Under the pieces are notes generated by a model. The model searched no databases. It was not told where the DNA came from and was given only the letters and a program-made list of their open reading frames with translations. A program made the translations under genes and the position numbers. Of a stretch of 64,000 nt of DNA, positions 60,125-64,000 are shown in pieces. The DNA is from Squalus acanthias (lineage: Eukaryota): positions 30,196,001 to 30,260,000 of the forward strand of contig CM059437.1 in NCBI GenBank assembly GCA_030390025.1, read 5' to 3'. Position 1 is the stretch's first letter. Each line of letters opens with the position of its first letter.

Positions 60125-60838
60125 GGGGGTGATTTTGCCAATGGGGAGCTTTTGGAGGCGGGACTCCCACTTGTCAGGTTTCAGTCCCGCCTCCATCAAC
60201 TTCTGGCCAACCAACGCTATTTTCCCTTGATTGGCCTTGTTAAGCCCGCCCAGCGGGCTTAGCAGGCCAATTAAGGGAAAGCCGGTTACTGAGAACATCA
60301 ACGTATGACATTTCATCTGTCAAAAAAATTTTGACAGATGAATTGTCATCATTTGACAGCTCTGAGAAGCTGTCAAACAGTGACATTCTCTGTAGTTTGA
60401 TAAGTTCTTGTACTCAAGACCTCATCAAACCTCTTTCTTTTGCAGAAATGAGATGGTTGTTGCATTGGAGAATGCAACGGCCATCTGTCATCTCTACCGC
60501 GGAGGTGCGAGACTCTCTGCATACACACGGACTGAAGCCTGCAGGAAGAAACAAAGGTAAGTAAACTTTTACTAACACTTTTCACTTACCTCACCTCTCC
60601 ACACTTGCACCCATCACTTACCTTCACAGCACACTTTTGGACCCCTCCAACCTCCGCAGACCTATTACTTGCCTCAGTGACCCTGGTGGGGTTCGGAGCC
60701 GGGACCCGGCGCGGGATGGCTACCCGCCTCCTGGCAAGATGGCATGGAGGCGGGTTGGGCACCCGCCCCCAAATTCTGCAATTTTCCCGGCAGTCCCGCC
60801 GCCAAATCCGCCTACCCAGGGCTGGCAAAATCACCTCC
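60125..60838. mobile_element. Harbinger-type MITE in a CR1 tail
   Basis: TIR GG(G/A)GGTGATTTTGCCA; subterminal ttggcc...gggctta...ggccaatt block shared with the other Harbinger derivatives. Confidence 0.8.
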
Positions 60839-62447
60839 ATAGAGTCATAGAATGGTTACAGCACAGAAGGAGGCCATTTGGCCGATTAAGCCCTGGCCAG
60901 CTCTCTGCAAGAGCACTTCAGCTAGTCCCAATCCCCCACCCTTTCCCCGTAGCCCTGCAAAAAAATTTCTTCAGGTACTTATCCAATTCCCTTTTGAAAG
61001 CAATGATTGAGTCTGCCTCCACCACCCTTTCAGGCAGTGAATTCCAGATTCTAACCACTCGCTGCTTAAAAAAGTATTTCCCTCATGTCGCCTTTGGTTC
61101 TTCTGCCAATCACCTTAAATCTGTGTCCTCTGGTTCTCGACCCTTCCACCAATGGGAACAGTTTCTCTCTATCTACTCTGTATAGACCCCTCATGATTTT
61201 GAACACCTCTATCAAATCTCCTCTCAGCCTTCTCTGCTCTAAAAGGAGAAAACCTCCCAGCTTCTCCAGTCTATCCACATAACTGAAGTCCCTCATCCCT
61301 GAAACCATTCTCGTTAATCTTTTCCGTACCCTCTCTAAGGCCTTCACATCCTTCCTAAAGTGCAGTGCCCAGAATTGGACACAATACTCCAGTTGAGGTC
61401 GGACCAGTGTTTTATAAAGGTTCATCATAACTTCCTTGCTTTTGTACTCTTTGCCTCTATTTATAAAGCCCAGGATCCCGTAAGCTTTTTTAACTGCTTT
61501 CTCAACCTGCCCTGCCACCTTCAACGATTTGTGCACATATACCCCCAGGTCTCTCTGTTCATGTACCCACTTTAGAATTGTACCCTTTAGTTTATATTGC
61601 CTCTCCTCGTTCTTCCTACCAAAATGTATCACTTCGCACTTTTCTGCATTAAATTTCATCTGCCACGTGTCCGCCCATTCCACCAGCCTATCTATGTCCT
61701 CTTGTAGTCTATCACTATCCTCCTCACTGTTCACTATACTTCCAAGATTTGTGTCATCTACAAATTTTGAAATTGTGCCCTGTACACCCAAGTCCAAGTC
61801 ATTAATATATATCAAGAAATGCAGTGGTCTGACCCCTGGGGAATACCACTGTATACCTTCCTCCAGTCCAAAAAACAACTGTTCACCACTACTCTGTTTC
61901 CTCTCACTTAGCCAATTTCATATCCATGCTGCCAATGTCCCTTTTATTCCATGGGCTTCAACTTTGCTGGCAAGCCTATTATGTGGCACTTTATCAAATG
62001 CCTTTTTTGAAATCCATGTACGCCACATCAACCGCATTGCCATCATCAATCCTCTCTGTTACCTCATCAAAAAACTCAATCAAGTTAGTTAAACATGATT
62101 TGCCTTTAACAAATCCGTGCTGGCCTTCCTTAATTGATCCATACTTGTCCAAGTGACTTAATTTTGTCCCGGATTATCGTTTCGAAAAGCTTCCCTACTA
62201 CAGAGGTTAAACTGTCTGGCCTGTAGGTGCTGGGTTTATCCTTGCACCCTTTTTTGAACAAGGGTGCAACATTTGCAATTCTCCAGTCCTCTGGCACCAC
62301 CCTCGTATCTAAGGAGATTGGAAGATTATGGCCAGTACCTCCGCAATTTCCACCTTTACTTCCCTCAGCATCCTAGGATGCATCCTATCCTGGTGACTTA
62401 TCTACTTTAAGTACAGCCAGCCTTTCTAGTACCTCCTCTATCAATTT
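60839..62447 (-). mobile_element. 5'-truncated, frameshifted CR1 LINE
   Basis: ORF 61066-61878 with FLIYINDL, KFVDD and LYKTLVRPQLEYC. Confidence 0.93.
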
Positions 62448-62449
62448 TG

Positions 62450-64000
62450 TTTTACATAGGATATATGGCACAGAACCAGGCCATTCAGCCCAACCAGTTC
62501 ATGCCAGCGTTTATGCTCCACTCGAGCCTCCTCCCGTCTTTCCTCATCTAAATCTATCAGCATAACCCTCTATTCCCTTCTCCCTCATATGCTTGTCTAG
62601 CCTCTCCTTAAATGCATCTATACTATTCGCTTCAACCACTCCCTGTGGTAGCGAGTTCCACCTTCTCACCACTCTTTGGGTAAAGAAGGTTTTTCTGAAT
62701 TCCCTATTGGATTTCTTGGTGACTATTGTATATTGATGGCCTCTAGTTTTGCTCTTCCCCACAAGTGGAAACATTCTCTCTGCATCCACCCTATCAAAAC
62801 CATTCATAATTTTAAAGACCTCTATCAGGTCACCCCTCAGCCTTCTTTTTTCAAGAGAAAAGAGACCCAGCCTGTTCATCCTTTCCTGATATGTATACCC
62901 TCGCATTTCTGGTATCATCCTTGTAAATCTTCTCTGCACCCTCTCCAGTGCCTCTATATCCTTTTTAGAATATGGCGACCAGAACTGTACGCAGTATTCT
63001 AAGTGTGGTCTAACCAAAGTTCGATACAGGTTTAGCATAACATCCCTACTTTACAATTCTATCCCTCTTGCAATAAACCCTAGTGCTTGGTTTGGTTTTT
63101 TTATGGCCTTGCTAACCTGTGTCGCAACTTTTAGTGATTTGTGTACTTGTACTCTGAGATCCCTTTGTTCCTCCACTCCACCTAGACTCACACCCTCCAA
63201 GTGATAAGTGTTCTCCCTATTCTTCCTACCAAAATGTAATACCTCACATTTATCTGTGTTGAACTTCATTTGCCAATTATATGCCCATTCTGCAAGTTTA
63301 TTAATGTCCTCCTGTAATTCGTTGTAGTCCCTCCTCAGTATTGACTGTCCCCCCCAACTTGGTGTCATCCGCAAATTTAGAAATTGTGTTTTTAATTCCT
63401 AAGTCTAAATCGTTAATGTAAATTGTGAACAGCAGTGGTCCCAGCACTGATCCTTGTGGAACACCACTACCTACCTTCTGCCACTGTGAATAGCTACCCT
63501 TTACTCCTACTCTCTGCTTTCTGTCTTGAAGCCAGCTATCTATCCATTCTGCTACTTGTCCTGACTCCGCATTCTCTGACCTTGTTCATCAGTCTATTAT
63601 GGGGTACCTTATCGAAGGCCTTTTGAAAATCCAGATAAATTACATCTACTGCATTACCATTGTCTACTCTCTCTGTTACCTCTTCAAAAAATGTAATAAG
63701 GTTGGTCAAGCAAGACTTTCCCTTTTGAAATCCATGTTGACTATTTATTACTATGTTTTTGGTTTCTAGATGTTCTTCTATTTTCTTCTTTAGTAGGGAT
63801 TCCATTATTTTTCCTACCACCGATGTTAAGCTGACTGGTCTATAATCCCTGGACATGTTCTATCCCCCTTCTTAAATATTGGTATTACGTTAGCTATCTG
63901 CCAGTCCTCTGGCACCACACCTTTTTCGAATGAATTATTAAATTTGCGTAGTAATGCCTCTGCTATCTCTTCCCTAGATTCTTTTAAAATGCATGATGCA
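62450..64000 (-). mobile_element. Frameshifted CR1 LINE running off the window end
   Basis: ORFs 62544-63038, 63051-63374 and 63536-63856 (YRPVSLTS, YLDFQKAFDKVPH). Confidence 0.93.

Overview
Repeat-dense vertebrate DNA, very likely from a cartilaginous fish (shark or ray). This is inferred from HE1-type V-SINEs, SacSINE1-type DeuSINEs and HER1-like CR1 LINEs. The one host gene I can support is TBKBP1 (SINTBAD, a TBK1 adaptor) on the minus strand, with five phase-compatible internal coding exons at 57331-57212, 55972-55868, 49085-48935, 46761-46556 and 45578-45523. I found neither the first coding exon nor the TBK1-binding-domain and C-terminal exons, so positions 1-45522 are probably one very long intron. 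The rest of the window is nested transposon debris: CR1, L2, a second CR1/L2-group LINE, RTE, several SINE families, PIF/Harbinger derivatives and Penelope-type elements. The most notable observations are a 28S rRNA (D8/ES27) segment fused to a CR1 3' tail, Penelope-type elements carrying minimal hammerhead ribozyme motifs (one as a long inverted repeat), two HE1 SINEs inserted at the same nucleotide of different CR1 copies, an LF-SINE-like element, and clusters of T-box/Runx/STAT/NFAT/ETS motifs in unique sequence. Family assignments come from recalled consensus sequences, not database searches, and repeat boundaries are approximate unless a TSD or TIR is given.
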